A stretch of 54,898 bases of DNA from contig CAYMLW010000001.1 in the NCBI GenBank assembly GCA_964391035.1, forward strand, positions 1 to 54,898, written 5' to 3'. Below, piece after piece: positions 26,180 to 35,212 of the stretch. The position numbers and the translations under genes were made by a program. This DNA comes from an uncultured Gemmatimonadaceae bacterium. GTDB taxonomy: Bacteria; Gemmatimonadota; Gemmatimonadetes; Longimicrobiales; RSA9. The notes below the pieces were generated by a model. That model saw only the letters and a list, made by a program, of their open reading frames with translations. It did not search any database and was not told where the DNA came from. Position 1 is the stretch's first letter; each line of letters begins with the position of its first letter.

Positions 26180-26386
26180 CTCAGCTCCTGTGTCGAGGTG
26201 ACCAGCCGGCGCCATTGCGCCGCTGCGGCCTGGGCCGCGCTCCGGTGAGTCAACCGGAAAGGCCCGCCAAGGGTTCCCGGCCGTCCACTCCCACCTCGCG
26301 GGTCGACCTGGTGCGGCCGGTATCTCGGCGCTCCTCGGTCACTGGCTCCCTCTCCGGTGGGGGAGGGATCGGGCCGATCGGTGGTC

Positions 26387-26698
26387 TTACGCCTCGACGA
26401 GCCGTTCGTACGTGCGGTACTGCTTCCGGATCCGGCTTCGCAGCCGCTTGATCAGTTCGCTGTCCTCCTTCGACGCCCACCGGGGCTCGTGGATCGAGAA
26501 CAGCACGTGGTGCAGGTCGTCGAGGAGACGGTCCGTGGCCTCACACCACTCGTCGGTGCACACCTCCTGGACCTCCGCCGCCTGATTCAGGCACTCCTCC
26601 ATCTGATCCAGCGTCGCCTCCAGCCCCTCCAGGTAGTCGTGCCAGGCGCCGCCGTAGCTGTGCTGGACGTTGCCGTGGATCGTCTGGGTCGTCGTCAT
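26387..26698 (-). CDS. Small acidic helical protein, unknown function (103 aa)
   Basis: Track ORF 26387..26716 trimmed to ATG 26698, which is preceded by GGGAGGGAGAG. High GC3. Confidence 0.55.
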   Translation of the reverse strand: MTTTQTIHGNVQHSYGGAWHDYLEGLEATLDQMEECLNQAAEVQEVCTDEWCEATDRLLDDLHHVLFSIHEPRWASKEDSELIKRLRSRIRKQYRTYERLVEA

Positions 26699-26734
26699 TC
26701 TCTCCCTCCCGGGCATTCAGATCATTAACCGTAG

Positions 26735-27421
26735 TTACACACCTGTCTGAGTGTGCAAGTCCGGTTCCGCCGGCCGACCGGCAGGCCGGTCAGAGCTGTG
26801 GATGGGATCCGGCTCCGGGGCCGCGGGCAGCCCGAACCGCTTCCAGATCAGCGCGACGACCAGCCACGCGGCCACCGCGGACAGCACGACATCGCTGACG
26901 AAGTGGTCCTGGTCGGCGACGCGAGTGAAGGCGCAGCCAGCGGCGGCGAGGTACCAGACGGGGCCGGTCCCGGGGAGGAGTCGTGCGAGGATGGCGGCGC
27001 CGGAGAAGGCCACCATGCCGTGGCTGCTGGGCAGCGCGAGCCCCCCGCTGGAGAGGGGCTCGTCCGTCCAGGGTCGGAAGGCGTAGAGCCCATCGAGGAC
27101 TTCCGGGCGCCGGCGGCGCATGGTCAGCTTGAGGATCTCGGCGACCAGCCCGCCGCCGGCCACGGCGCCGAAGACGAGACCCGCCCGGTGGAAGGGCGAG
27201 GCGGGGGTGCGGTGGGCGCGGTCGTACAGCCAGAAGGCGAGGCAGGGGATCAGCCAGGTGGGTCCGTAGCCCAGAGCCCGGAGCAGCTCGCCTGCGTCGC
27301 TCCCCTCCCAGCCGGGGAAGTGGAGGTTGTGATAGGCCCAGAAGTCGACGAGATGCGCGAGGGTCAGGGCCGCCAGGGAGAGCAGGGCGAAGCGCCGCCA
27401 GGGGATCGCGGTCCGGGGCAT
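26735..27421 (-). CDS. PAP2-family lipid phosphatase (copy 1)
   Basis: Track ORF 26735..27421. The three PAP2 motifs are present: KLTMRRRRP, PSSHG, TRVADQDHFVSD. Multi-TM. Confidence 0.8.
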   Translation of the reverse strand: MPRTAIPWRRFALLSLAALTLAHLVDFWAYHNLHFPGWEGSDAGELLRALGYGPTWLIPCLAFWLYDRAHRTPASPFHRAGLVFGAVAGGGLVAEILKLTMRRRRPEVLDGLYAFRPWTDEPLSSGGLALPSSHGMVAFSGAAILARLLPGTGPVWYLAAAGCAFTRVADQDHFVSDVVLSAVAAWLVVALIWKRFGLPAAPEPDPIHSSDRPAGRPAEPDLHTQTGV

Positions 27422-27425
27422 CGGC

Positions 27426-28526
27426 TCAGCCGTCGTGGTTGTCGGACAGGAGCTCGTTGTAGAGCTCGATGTGTGCGTCGGTCATGGTCTGGACGGAGAA
27501 CTCCTCCACGGCCAGTCGGCGGCCGCCGTGGGCCAGTTTCAACGCGCGCCCGTCGTCATTGAGCACGCCGAGTGCGGCCCGGGCAAGGCCCCGGACATCG
27601 CCGGGCTCGACCAGGACGCCGTTGACATCGGGCCGCACGACCTCCGGGATCCCGCCCGCCCGACAGGCCACGACGGGCACGCCACACGCCGCGGCCTGCA
27701 TCAGGGCGACGCCGAGTCCCTCCCGGCGAGCCGGATGCATCAGCAGTCGCAGGCCCGGCAGGATCCGGGGGAGGTCGTCCCGGAACCCGGCGAAGACAAA
27801 CGCGCCGTCGAGGCCGAGGGAGCGTACCCGGCCCCGGATGGCGGCTTCGCGGGGCCCGCGTCCAAACAACAGGAAAACGGCTGAAGGGCGTTCGTGCAAG
27901 ATCATCGGCGCTGCGGCCACGAGGTCGTCGTGGCCCTTCCGGTCGATGAACTGGGCCACCATCCCGATCGGGAGAGCGTCCGGCGCGAGCCCGAACCGGG
28001 TCCCGAGCCAGCCGGCGTCGTCGGGGGCGGGGCGGTAGAGCTCCACATCGACGGCGCTCCGGATGCATGTCAGGCGGTGCTGCGGGATCCCGGCATCGCG
28101 CAGGAGGTCGTGGATCGCCCGGGAGATGGCGACCACCCGGTCGGGCAGGCGGTACCGGAGCCGGGCCAGCCAGGCGGGCTCCGGGTTGTCCACTCGCCGG
28201 CTTAGGACCACCGGGACGCCGGCCCAACGGGCGGCGATGGCGCCGAGAGTATCGGCGCCGCGTCGGCTGTGCAGGTGGACGAGGTCCGGTCGATGGCGGC
28301 GGACGCTCCGGGCCAGGCGGGCGACCATGGGCAGGTCGGCTTCCCCGCGCATCGGGATGGGCTCGCGGCGGGCCGGCAGATCCCGATAGGCGGCCGCCAC
28401 CTCGCTGCCTTCGGCGCACACGACCACCTGGTCGATCCCGGCGTCGGCCAGGCCCCGGACCAGGTATCCGACCTGCTCGGCGCCGCCGTACCTGTGGCGA
28501 CCCGCCTCGACGTGGAGGACCTTCAC
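27426..28526 (-). CDS. Glycosyltransferase family 4 (GT-B, RfaG/WaaG-like)
   Basis: Track ORF 27426..28646 trimmed to GTG 28526 (VKVLHVEAGRHRYGGAEQV...), which forms a GTGA overlap with the upstream GT9 stop. C-terminal EGLGVALMQAAACGVPVV motif. Confidence 0.85.
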   Translation of the reverse strand: MKVLHVEAGRHRYGGAEQVGYLVRGLADAGIDQVVVCAEGSEVAAAYRDLPARREPIPMRGEADLPMVARLARSVRRHRPDLVHLHSRRGADTLGAIAARWAGVPVVLSRRVDNPEPAWLARLRYRLPDRVVAISRAIHDLLRDAGIPQHRLTCIRSAVDVELYRPAPDDAGWLGTRFGLAPDALPIGMVAQFIDRKGHDDLVAAAPMILHERPSAVFLLFGRGPREAAIRGRVRSLGLDGAFVFAGFRDDLPRILPGLRLLMHPARREGLGVALMQAAACGVPVVACRAGGIPEVVRPDVNGVLVEPGDVRGLARAALGVLNDDGRALKLAHGGRRLAVEEFSVQTMTDAHIELYNELLSDNHDG

Positions 28527-29635
28527 CGGTCCGGTGCGCCTGCCCCGACCAGCTCCCGGGCGGTCCGGAGCGCTTCGTCCACGCCGATCCGCTTCATGCA
28601 GGTGAACGCCCCGTTGCAGGTCGGGTGCGCGACGCACGGGGAGCACGGCAGCCGGTGATACAGGATGCGGGTCGAGTCCACGCCGGGATCGAGGTAGGGC
28701 GTGGTCGCCCCGAAGAGAGCCAGGGTCGGGACCTGGAGCGCGGTGGCGAGATGTGTGAGGGCCGTGTCCACGCCGATCAGGAGCCGGGCATCGCGGACCA
28801 CGGCGGCCGCTTGACCGAGCGTGGTCCGGTCGACCAGGTCCACGGTCGTGTCGGGCGCGTCGGCGAGGATCCGGTCTGCCGCAGCCCGGTCATCGGGTCC
28901 GCCGAGGATCACGGTGGGGAGCCCGAGCTCGCGCTTCACGCCCTCGATCACGGCGGACCAGCGGTCTTCCACCCAGTGCTTCTGCGGCTTGGTGGTGAAC
29001 GGCACAATGGCGACATAGCCGTTGCCGAGCCCGTGGCCCTCGATTGCGTCGCGGGCGAAGGCGGCGTCGTCGTCCCCGAGCACGACGTCGAGGGCGAAGT
29101 CGTCGGTCTCGAGCCCGAGCAGATCGGCCAGCCCCCGGTACTCCGAGCTCATGGTCCGGGGATCCCAGAGGTCGCGGGGGACAACATGCGTCATGAGCAC
29201 GCCGCTCCCCTCGCGGGGCCCGAAGCCGATGCGGATCGGCGCGCCGGAGAGCCAGGCCGCGAACCCGCTCTTGGCCAGGCCCTGGAGGTCGATGGCGACA
29301 TCGAAGTCCCACGCCCGCAGCTCCGAGCGGAACAACCGGATCTCTCGCCAGGCCCGCGCCAGGTGCCCGCCGCGCAGCAGCTCCGCCCAGCGCTTGCGGG
29401 GGAGCGTCAGGACGCCATCGAGCTCCGGATGGTGCGCCACGAGGTCGGCCGTCCGGGGCTCGGCGAGCCAGACCAGCCGGGTGTCCGGGTAGCTCCGACG
29501 GAACGCCCGGATCAGGGGCGTCGCGAAGACCAGGTCGCCCCGCGCACTCATCCGGACCAGGAGGATCGCGGACGGGGACGACGGCAGCGATGGTGGGAGC
29601 ACGTCCACAGCAACGGGTCCGTCAGCAGGTGACAT
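28523..29635 (-). CDS. Glycosyltransferase family 9 (ADP-heptose:LPS heptosyltransferase-like)
   Basis: Track ORF 28523..29635. ILLVRMSARGDLVFATPLIRAFRRSYPDTRLVWLAEP and the ...GVDTALTHLATALQVPTLALFG motifs are typical of GT9. Confidence 0.85.
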   Translation of the reverse strand: MSPADGPVAVDVLPPSLPSSPSAILLVRMSARGDLVFATPLIRAFRRSYPDTRLVWLAEPRTADLVAHHPELDGVLTLPRKRWAELLRGGHLARAWREIRLFRSELRAWDFDVAIDLQGLAKSGFAAWLSGAPIRIGFGPREGSGVLMTHVVPRDLWDPRTMSSEYRGLADLLGLETDDFALDVVLGDDDAAFARDAIEGHGLGNGYVAIVPFTTKPQKHWVEDRWSAVIEGVKRELGLPTVILGGPDDRAAADRILADAPDTTVDLVDRTTLGQAAAVVRDARLLIGVDTALTHLATALQVPTLALFGATTPYLDPGVDSTRILYHRLPCSPCVAHPTCNGAFTCMKRIGVDEALRTARELVGAGAPDR

Positions 29636-29726
29636 TCGGCGATTGGGCGCGCATGATAGACGAAACTAGCCCAACTCCGTAGGATTTCGCACTACCGACT
29701 ACGCAACAGTAGCCAGGCGGTTCCGC

Positions 29727-30992
29727 TTGTCCACCCGGGTCGACATCGCGTACGCGGCCCTCGCCGGCCTCACTGTGCCCGTCTGGGCGCCGGGTATGAT
29801 CCGGTCCGGGAAGTGGCGTACGGACTGGCGAGGTCGATTCGGTCACGTCGAGGCGTCGCCCCCGGGCGAGCCGACGGTCCTCTTCCACGGCGTGAGTGTG
29901 GGCGAGGTCGCGGCCATCCGGCCGCTCATCGACCGACTGGACCGCACGCTGCCGGGAGCCTCGGCCGTCATTGCGGCCACCACCGACACGGGCGTGGCCC
30001 GGGCCCGATCGCTGTACGGCGCCCGACGCGTCGTCCGATACCCGTTCGACTTCTCGTGGATGGTCCGCCGCTTCCTCGACGAGACGCGGCCGGACCTGGT
30101 GGTCCTGGTGGAGCTCGAGGTGTGGCCCAACTTCTCCGAAGAGTGCGTCCGCCGGGGGATCCCGATCTGTATCGTAAACGGCCGGCTGAGCCGGTCGAGC
30201 TACCGGGGCTACCGACGGATTCTGCCCGTGACCCGCCGGGTGTTCGAGCGCCTGACCGCGCTCGGGGTCCAGACGGAGGAGTACGCCGAGCGGTTCGCCG
30301 CGCTCGGTGTGGACCCTGCCAGGATCACCGTGACCGACACGCTGAAATGGGACGCCGCGCCGATCGCGGAGCCGGACGGGACCGAGGAGCTGGCCCGGAC
30401 GCTCGGCCTCGACCCGGACCGCCCGCTCCTCGTCGGCGGGTCCACCGGCCGCGGCGAGGAGCAGGCGCTGCTGCGGGGTCGGCCGCCCGGCGCGCAGCTC
30501 CTCCTCGTGCCCCGGCACCCGGAGCGGTTCGACGCGGTGGCCCGCCTGGACCCGGCCATGGTCCGCCGGACCGCGCCCGGGCGGCCCACCGGCGCCGACG
30601 TCTTCCTGCTGGACACCATGGGCGAACTCGCTCGTGCCTACGCCCTCGCCGATGTCGCCGTCGTGGGCCGCAGCTTCGGCCGCGACCGGGGCGGGTCGGA
30701 CCCGATGGAGCCGGCCGCGCTGGGCAGGCCTGTCGTCATCGGTCCCCGGCACGAGCACTTCGCCGACGTGGTGCGGGCGCTGGCGGAGGACGACGCCATC
30801 GTGGTGGCCGACGACCCGCCGGCGGTCGCCGCGGCGCTTCTCGACGACGCCGGCCGGGCCGCGGAGCTCGGGGACCGGGCACGTCGTGTGGTGGCCCGGC
30901 ATCGGGGAGCCACGGACCGCACGGTGGCCATGCTCCGGGACGCGCTGGGGGTCGATCACCTGGCGGGCGCAGGCGGCGGAGCCGGCGGCTAG
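29727..30992 (+). CDS. waaA: 3-deoxy-D-manno-octulosonic acid (Kdo) transferase
   Basis: Track ORF 29727..30992 (TTG start, uncertain). LFHGVSVGEV, ...LLVPRHPERF..., ...VGRSFG...GGSDPMEPAALGRPVVIGP are KdtA/WaaA hallmarks. Confidence 0.85.
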   Translation: MSTRVDIAYAALAGLTVPVWAPGMIRSGKWRTDWRGRFGHVEASPPGEPTVLFHGVSVGEVAAIRPLIDRLDRTLPGASAVIAATTDTGVARARSLYGARRVVRYPFDFSWMVRRFLDETRPDLVVLVELEVWPNFSEECVRRGIPICIVNGRLSRSSYRGYRRILPVTRRVFERLTALGVQTEEYAERFAALGVDPARITVTDTLKWDAAPIAEPDGTEELARTLGLDPDRPLLVGGSTGRGEEQALLRGRPPGAQLLLVPRHPERFDAVARLDPAMVRRTAPGRPTGADVFLLDTMGELARAYALADVAVVGRSFGRDRGGSDPMEPAALGRPVVIGPRHEHFADVVRALAEDDAIVVADDPPAVAAALLDDAGRAAELGDRARRVVARHRGATDRTVAMLRDALGVDHLAGAGGGAGG

Positions 30993-30993
30993 C

Positions 30994-31908
30994 ATGCGGG
31001 CAGCGCTCGGGTGGGTCGTCGGCATCGGGCTGTTCATCGGCCTCACCGTGCTCGTCCAGACCACGGTCGGCTGGCGCGAGATGGTCCGGCCCTGGCAGAC
31101 GCTTCCGCCGGGCAGGCTCGGGCTCGCCTTCTCGCTCATCGTGGGCAGCTACGCCGTCCGGACCGCGCGCGTGCACCACTACTTCCGGCCCGCCACCACC
31201 GGGCATTTGCCACGCACCTTCCGGCTCGTCCTGCTCCACATCCTGTTCAACAACCTCCTGCCAATGCGGAGCGGGGAGGCGTCGTTCCCGCTGCTCATGA
31301 AGCGGGAGTACGACATCGGGTACGCCCGGTCCGTCGGCGCGCTCCTCTACCTCCGGCTCCTCGACCTCCACTTCATCGCCGTGCTCGCCGCGGCCGTGCT
31401 CCTGGCCGGGGCCGTCCCGGGCGGCTGGGTGGTCCCGGTGCTGCTGGCCCCGGTCCCGTACCTCGCCTTCCGGCTCCAGGAACGGCTCGCGGAGCGCGCC
31501 CCGGCAGGCGGCTGGATCGGTCGACTCGTGGCCGGACTTCCCGACTCCGCCTCGCTGTTCTGGACCACGTTCGGCTGGACCGCCGTCAACTGGACGGTCA
31601 AGCTCGCCGTGTTCGCCTGGGTTCTCCGACTTCTGGAGCCGATGTCGTACGACACGGCGGTGCTGGGGAGCGTGGCCGGCGAGCTTTCGTCGGCGCTCCC
31701 GATCCACGGCCTCGCCGGCGCCGGCACCTACGAGGCGGGGGTGCTGGCCGCGCTCGTGCCCCTCGGGGTCGAGGCGGAGGCGGCGCTGCGGGCGGCCGTC
31801 AACCTCCACCTCTTCGTCCTCGGCTGCTCGGTGCTGAGCGGCGCACTGGCGCTCCTGCTGTCCGTGGGTGAAGCATGGAGTCACACCGCCGGCGCTCGCA
31901 CCCGCTGA
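30994..31908 (+). CDS. UPF0104 / lysyl-PG-synthase-TM-like 'flippase-like' membrane protein
   Basis: ATG 30994 lies 1 nt after the waaA stop, within track ORF 30634..31908. Polytopic, with ...NNLLPMRSGEASFPLLMK... typical of the family. Confidence 0.7.
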   Translation: MRAALGWVVGIGLFIGLTVLVQTTVGWREMVRPWQTLPPGRLGLAFSLIVGSYAVRTARVHHYFRPATTGHLPRTFRLVLLHILFNNLLPMRSGEASFPLLMKREYDIGYARSVGALLYLRLLDLHFIAVLAAAVLLAGAVPGGWVVPVLLAPVPYLAFRLQERLAERAPAGGWIGRLVAGLPDSASLFWTTFGWTAVNWTVKLAVFAWVLRLLEPMSYDTAVLGSVAGELSSALPIHGLAGAGTYEAGVLAALVPLGVEAEAALRAAVNLHLFVLGCSVLSGALALLLSVGEAWSHTAGARTR

Positions 31909-31930
31909 GCTACTCCCGAACCCCGCTCCG

Positions 31931-33526
31931 ATGAACGCCGTCGACCGGACCCGCGTCCTCCTCCTCGCCCTGGCCATGGGGCTCGCGTTCTTCGTGAACC
32001 TCGGGAAAGCGCCCCTCTTCGACCGGGACGAGGGCGCCTTCAGCGAGGCGACCCGGGAGATGGTCGAGAACGGTCAGTACATCTCCACCACGCTGAACGG
32101 CGAGCCCCGGTACGACAAGCCGATCCTCACGTACTGGATCCAGGCCGTGGGCGTGGCCGTGCTGGGCTGGAACGAGTGGGGGCTCCGGATCCACTCGGCG
32201 CTGGCCGCCGTGCTCTGGGTCCTGGCCGTCCGGGGCTTCGGACGCCGGGAGTACGACGACGAGACCGGCTGGGTCGCGGCCATGCTCACCGCCACGACCC
32301 TCTGGGTGGTCATCATCGGGCGCGCCGCCACGGCCGACGCGCTCCTCAACCTCTTCCTGGCCCTCGCCCTCTTCGACCTCTACCGCTTCTGGAAGACCGA
32401 CGCGAAGCCGCCCCTCTACCGCCTGTTCTTCTGGTCGGCCCTCGGGTTCCTCACCAAGGGGCCCATCGCCGTGGCCATCCCCGTGGCCGTGGCGCTGATT
32501 CTGGCGGCGGTACGGGGCCGGCTCCGCCGCTGGGTCCGGGCCGTCTTCCACCCCGTCGGTTGGCTCGTCTTCCTCGGCGTGGCCGGGCCCTGGTACCTGG
32601 CCGTCTGGCTCCGCGACGGCCAGGCATTCATCGACGGCTTCTTCCTCCGCCACAACCTGAACCGGTTCGCCGACACCATGGAGAGCCATGGCGGCCAGCT
32701 CTGGTACTTCATCCCCGTCATCCTCGTGGTGCTGCTGCCCCACACCAGCCTATTCCTGAAGACGCTGCCCCGGATCCGCCGCGCCCTGGACGATGATCTC
32801 GAGCTCTTCCTCTGGATCTGGTTCGGCTTCGTCCTCCTCTTCTTCAGCGTCTCCAGCACACAGCTACCTCACTACATCCTGTACGGGGCGACGCCGCTCT
32901 TCCTCCTCATGGCCCGGTACCGGACCCGGCTCCAGAACGACCTGTTGACCCTGCTCCCCGTCCTCTTCCTCGCCAGCCTGCTGTTCTTCCTCCCGGACCT
33001 CTGGCCACTCGCCGAGCCCCTGGTCGATGACGACTTCACCCGCGCCATCATGTCCGTCGCACCCGAGACCTTCCGCTGGTCCTATCGCCTGGCGAGCGGC
33101 CTCGGCCTGGCCGCGGCCATCGCGCTGGTGTTCGTGCCGGGCTGGCAGCCGTGGCAGAAGCTGATGGGGGCCGGGGTCATCACCGCGGGTCTCATCGGGT
33201 TCGGGCTCTTCCCGACCTACGGCGCCATCCAGCAGGGGCCGACGAAGGAGGCGGCGTTGACGGCGAAGGCGGAGGGCTGGGACGTCGTCATGTGGCGTCT
33301 CGACATGCCCTCGTTCGCGCTCTACTACCGGGACATCACGCCGCTGCGGCCGCCGGTGCCCGGCGAGGTGGTCTTCACCCGCGTGACACGCCTGGACGGC
33401 CTGAACGTGCCGACCGAGGCGGTCTGGCAGAAGGGCGGAGTAGTGCTGGCCCGGGCGCTGGAAGCGCCGGGAGCGGAGGAGATGGAGCCCGGCATGGCGC
33501 CGGGCGCGGGCAAGGGCGGCCGATGA
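31931..33526 (+). CDS. ArnT/PMT-like (GT83/GT39-type) lipid-linked sugar transferase
   Basis: Track ORF 31868..33526 trimmed to ATG 31931. LGKAPLFDRDEGAFSEATREMVENGQYISTTLNGEPRYDKPILTYW is the ArnT-like N-terminal loop with the DE motif. About 11 further TM helices. Confidence 0.85.
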   Translation: MNAVDRTRVLLLALAMGLAFFVNLGKAPLFDRDEGAFSEATREMVENGQYISTTLNGEPRYDKPILTYWIQAVGVAVLGWNEWGLRIHSALAAVLWVLAVRGFGRREYDDETGWVAAMLTATTLWVVIIGRAATADALLNLFLALALFDLYRFWKTDAKPPLYRLFFWSALGFLTKGPIAVAIPVAVALILAAVRGRLRRWVRAVFHPVGWLVFLGVAGPWYLAVWLRDGQAFIDGFFLRHNLNRFADTMESHGGQLWYFIPVILVVLLPHTSLFLKTLPRIRRALDDDLELFLWIWFGFVLLFFSVSSTQLPHYILYGATPLFLLMARYRTRLQNDLLTLLPVLFLASLLFFLPDLWPLAEPLVDDDFTRAIMSVAPETFRWSYRLASGLGLAAAIALVFVPGWQPWQKLMGAGVITAGLIGFGLFPTYGAIQQGPTKEAALTAKAEGWDVVMWRLDMPSFALYYRDITPLRPPVPGEVVFTRVTRLDGLNVPTEAVWQKGGVVLARALEAPGAEEMEPGMAPGAGKGGR

Positions 33527-34353
33527 AGCGGGTCCGGGCGGCGAGCAACGCGGTCAGCAGACGGTCTCTCGTCCAGGCGCCCGCCTGGCTGGTCGTCGCG
33601 GTCCCGCTGGTGGCCCTGGCCCTCCTGGTGGCGGTCGAGGTTGCGGGCGGCGACCGGGCGGTATTCCTGCGTCTGAATGCGCTGTCGGACGCGACCGGGG
33701 CCGGCGTCTGGGCCCAGCTGGACCTCCTGGGCGATGGCCTGGTGTGCGCGGTCCTGCTGGTGCCGTGGATGGGGAAGCACCCGGAGCGGGTCTGGGCGGC
33801 GTTCCTGGGGGCCATCGTGATGATGGTCGTGCTATGGATCTTCAAGGAGTTCCTGAGCGTGCCCCGGCCGCTGGCGGTATTCGGCGCCGACGCCATCACC
33901 CTCATCGGACCCGGCCACCGACGGAGCGCCTTCCCGTCCGGTCATGCCGCCACGGTGTTCGTCTATGCCGGCGCGTGGATCCTGGCCGAGCGCTGCCCAC
34001 GATGGAGCCTCGTCCTTCTCGGGCCCGCGGCGGCCATTGGCCTTTCACGGGTGGTCGTGGGCGTGCACTGGCCGTCCGACGTGCTCGCCGGCGCCCTCGT
34101 CGGGTGGGTCGCCGCTTGGTTGGGGCTCCGCTGGGCGGCCCGCGCCCGGGAGGTCCTCGCCCGCAGCGACCGCCTACTCATGGGCGCGCTCCTGCTGTCC
34201 GCCGCAGCGCTCTTCTTCATCGACCACACGGGGCACACCGGCGTGGTCTGGCTCCAGCGATGGGTCGCGGTGCTGTGTCTCGGCTGGGGGATCTGGATCG
34301 CCGTCCTGGCCTCGCGAGAGCGAGCCCGGGACCTGCCCGCGACCCAGCGGTAG
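33523..34353 (+). CDS. PAP2-family lipid phosphatase (copy 2; LpxE/LpxF-like context)
   Basis: ATGA overlap with the ArnT-like stop. PAP2 motifs KEFLSVPRP, PSGHA, SRVVVGVHWPSD. Confidence 0.8.
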   Translation: MKRVRAASNAVSRRSLVQAPAWLVVAVPLVALALLVAVEVAGGDRAVFLRLNALSDATGAGVWAQLDLLGDGLVCAVLLVPWMGKHPERVWAAFLGAIVMMVVLWIFKEFLSVPRPLAVFGADAITLIGPGHRRSAFPSGHAATVFVYAGAWILAERCPRWSLVLLGPAAAIGLSRVVVGVHWPSDVLAGALVGWVAAWLGLRWAARAREVLARSDRLLMGALLLSAAALFFIDHTGHTGVVWLQRWVAVLCLGWGIWIAVLASRERARDLPATQR

Positions 34354-34371
34354 TGACCCCAACCTCTCGGT

Positions 34372-35040
34372 TCAGGCCCGCAAGGTGAATGGCGGGTACG
34401 CGTCGGTGAGCAGCAGCAGATAGGCCTCCACGCGCGTGGACCAGGCGAGCACGCCGAGCCCGAACCCGTAGAGCATTTCGGGGAACCGGCCGGTGAGCAG
34501 GATCGCCGCCCAACCCAGGGCCGTGGTGAACGCCCAGACGATGTTCAGCACCCCCAGGGCGACCATGTGCGGGATCGCGAGGACGATCCGGAACAGGACC
34601 GACAGGACGTCCCGCGAGCCCTCCCGCTCGGGGACGACGAGCTCGGCCGGGTACGGCCCGTCGCCGAACGGCGGGTACTCGTCCCGGAGCAGTGTCGCGT
34701 ACGCGATGGCCCGCAGCCGCCAGCGGAGGTACCAGAGCGAGAGCCGCCGGAGCGGGGCCGGGTAGCGGGCGGTGAGCAGGATCGCGAACCAGGCGAAGAT
34801 CACGGCGAGGAAGACCACGACCCCGATGAGCCCGCCCGATCCGTAGCTGAGCTCCAGCCCCGATTCCGACTGCCAGTCGACCGAGACGATCATCGCCACC
34901 GGCCCGCCGACCATGAGGAAGTGGGGCAGCGCGAGGAAGAACCGGAACACGGCCGTGAGCCGGTCGCGGCCTTCCGTCCGGGCTTCCACCCGCACTTTCA
35001 CGGGGTACAGCTCGTCGGCCTGCTCCTCCGTATTCGACAT
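34372..35040 (-). CDS. DUF4389-type membrane protein
   Basis: Track ORF 34372..35115 trimmed to ATG 35040. Internal duplication of the R..(F/L)FR..LA(L/I)PH...(G/A)...L(L/T)(A/G)R(Y/F)P... motif typical of DUF4389. Confidence 0.7.
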   Translation of the reverse strand: MSNTEEQADELYPVKVRVEARTEGRDRLTAVFRFFLALPHFLMVGGPVAMIVSVDWQSESGLELSYGSGGLIGVVVFLAVIFAWFAILLTARYPAPLRRLSLWYLRWRLRAIAYATLLRDEYPPFGDGPYPAELVVPEREGSRDVLSVLFRIVLAIPHMVALGVLNIVWAFTTALGWAAILLTGRFPEMLYGFGLGVLAWSTRVEAYLLLLTDAYPPFTLRA

Positions 35041-35212
35041 CCCGCGTCTCCTTTCCGGACGTCTCCTCCATGGAACGGGGCCCGCAGAAGGTATACGGGG
35101 CCGGCGTGCCGACACTTCACGAAGGGCTGCTCGTTGCCGAAGCCAATGCGCGGACGCGGAGACCTGCTAGATTCCGGATTCCGCTGGACAGGTCGGCGAG
35201 ACGGGGGGTGCA

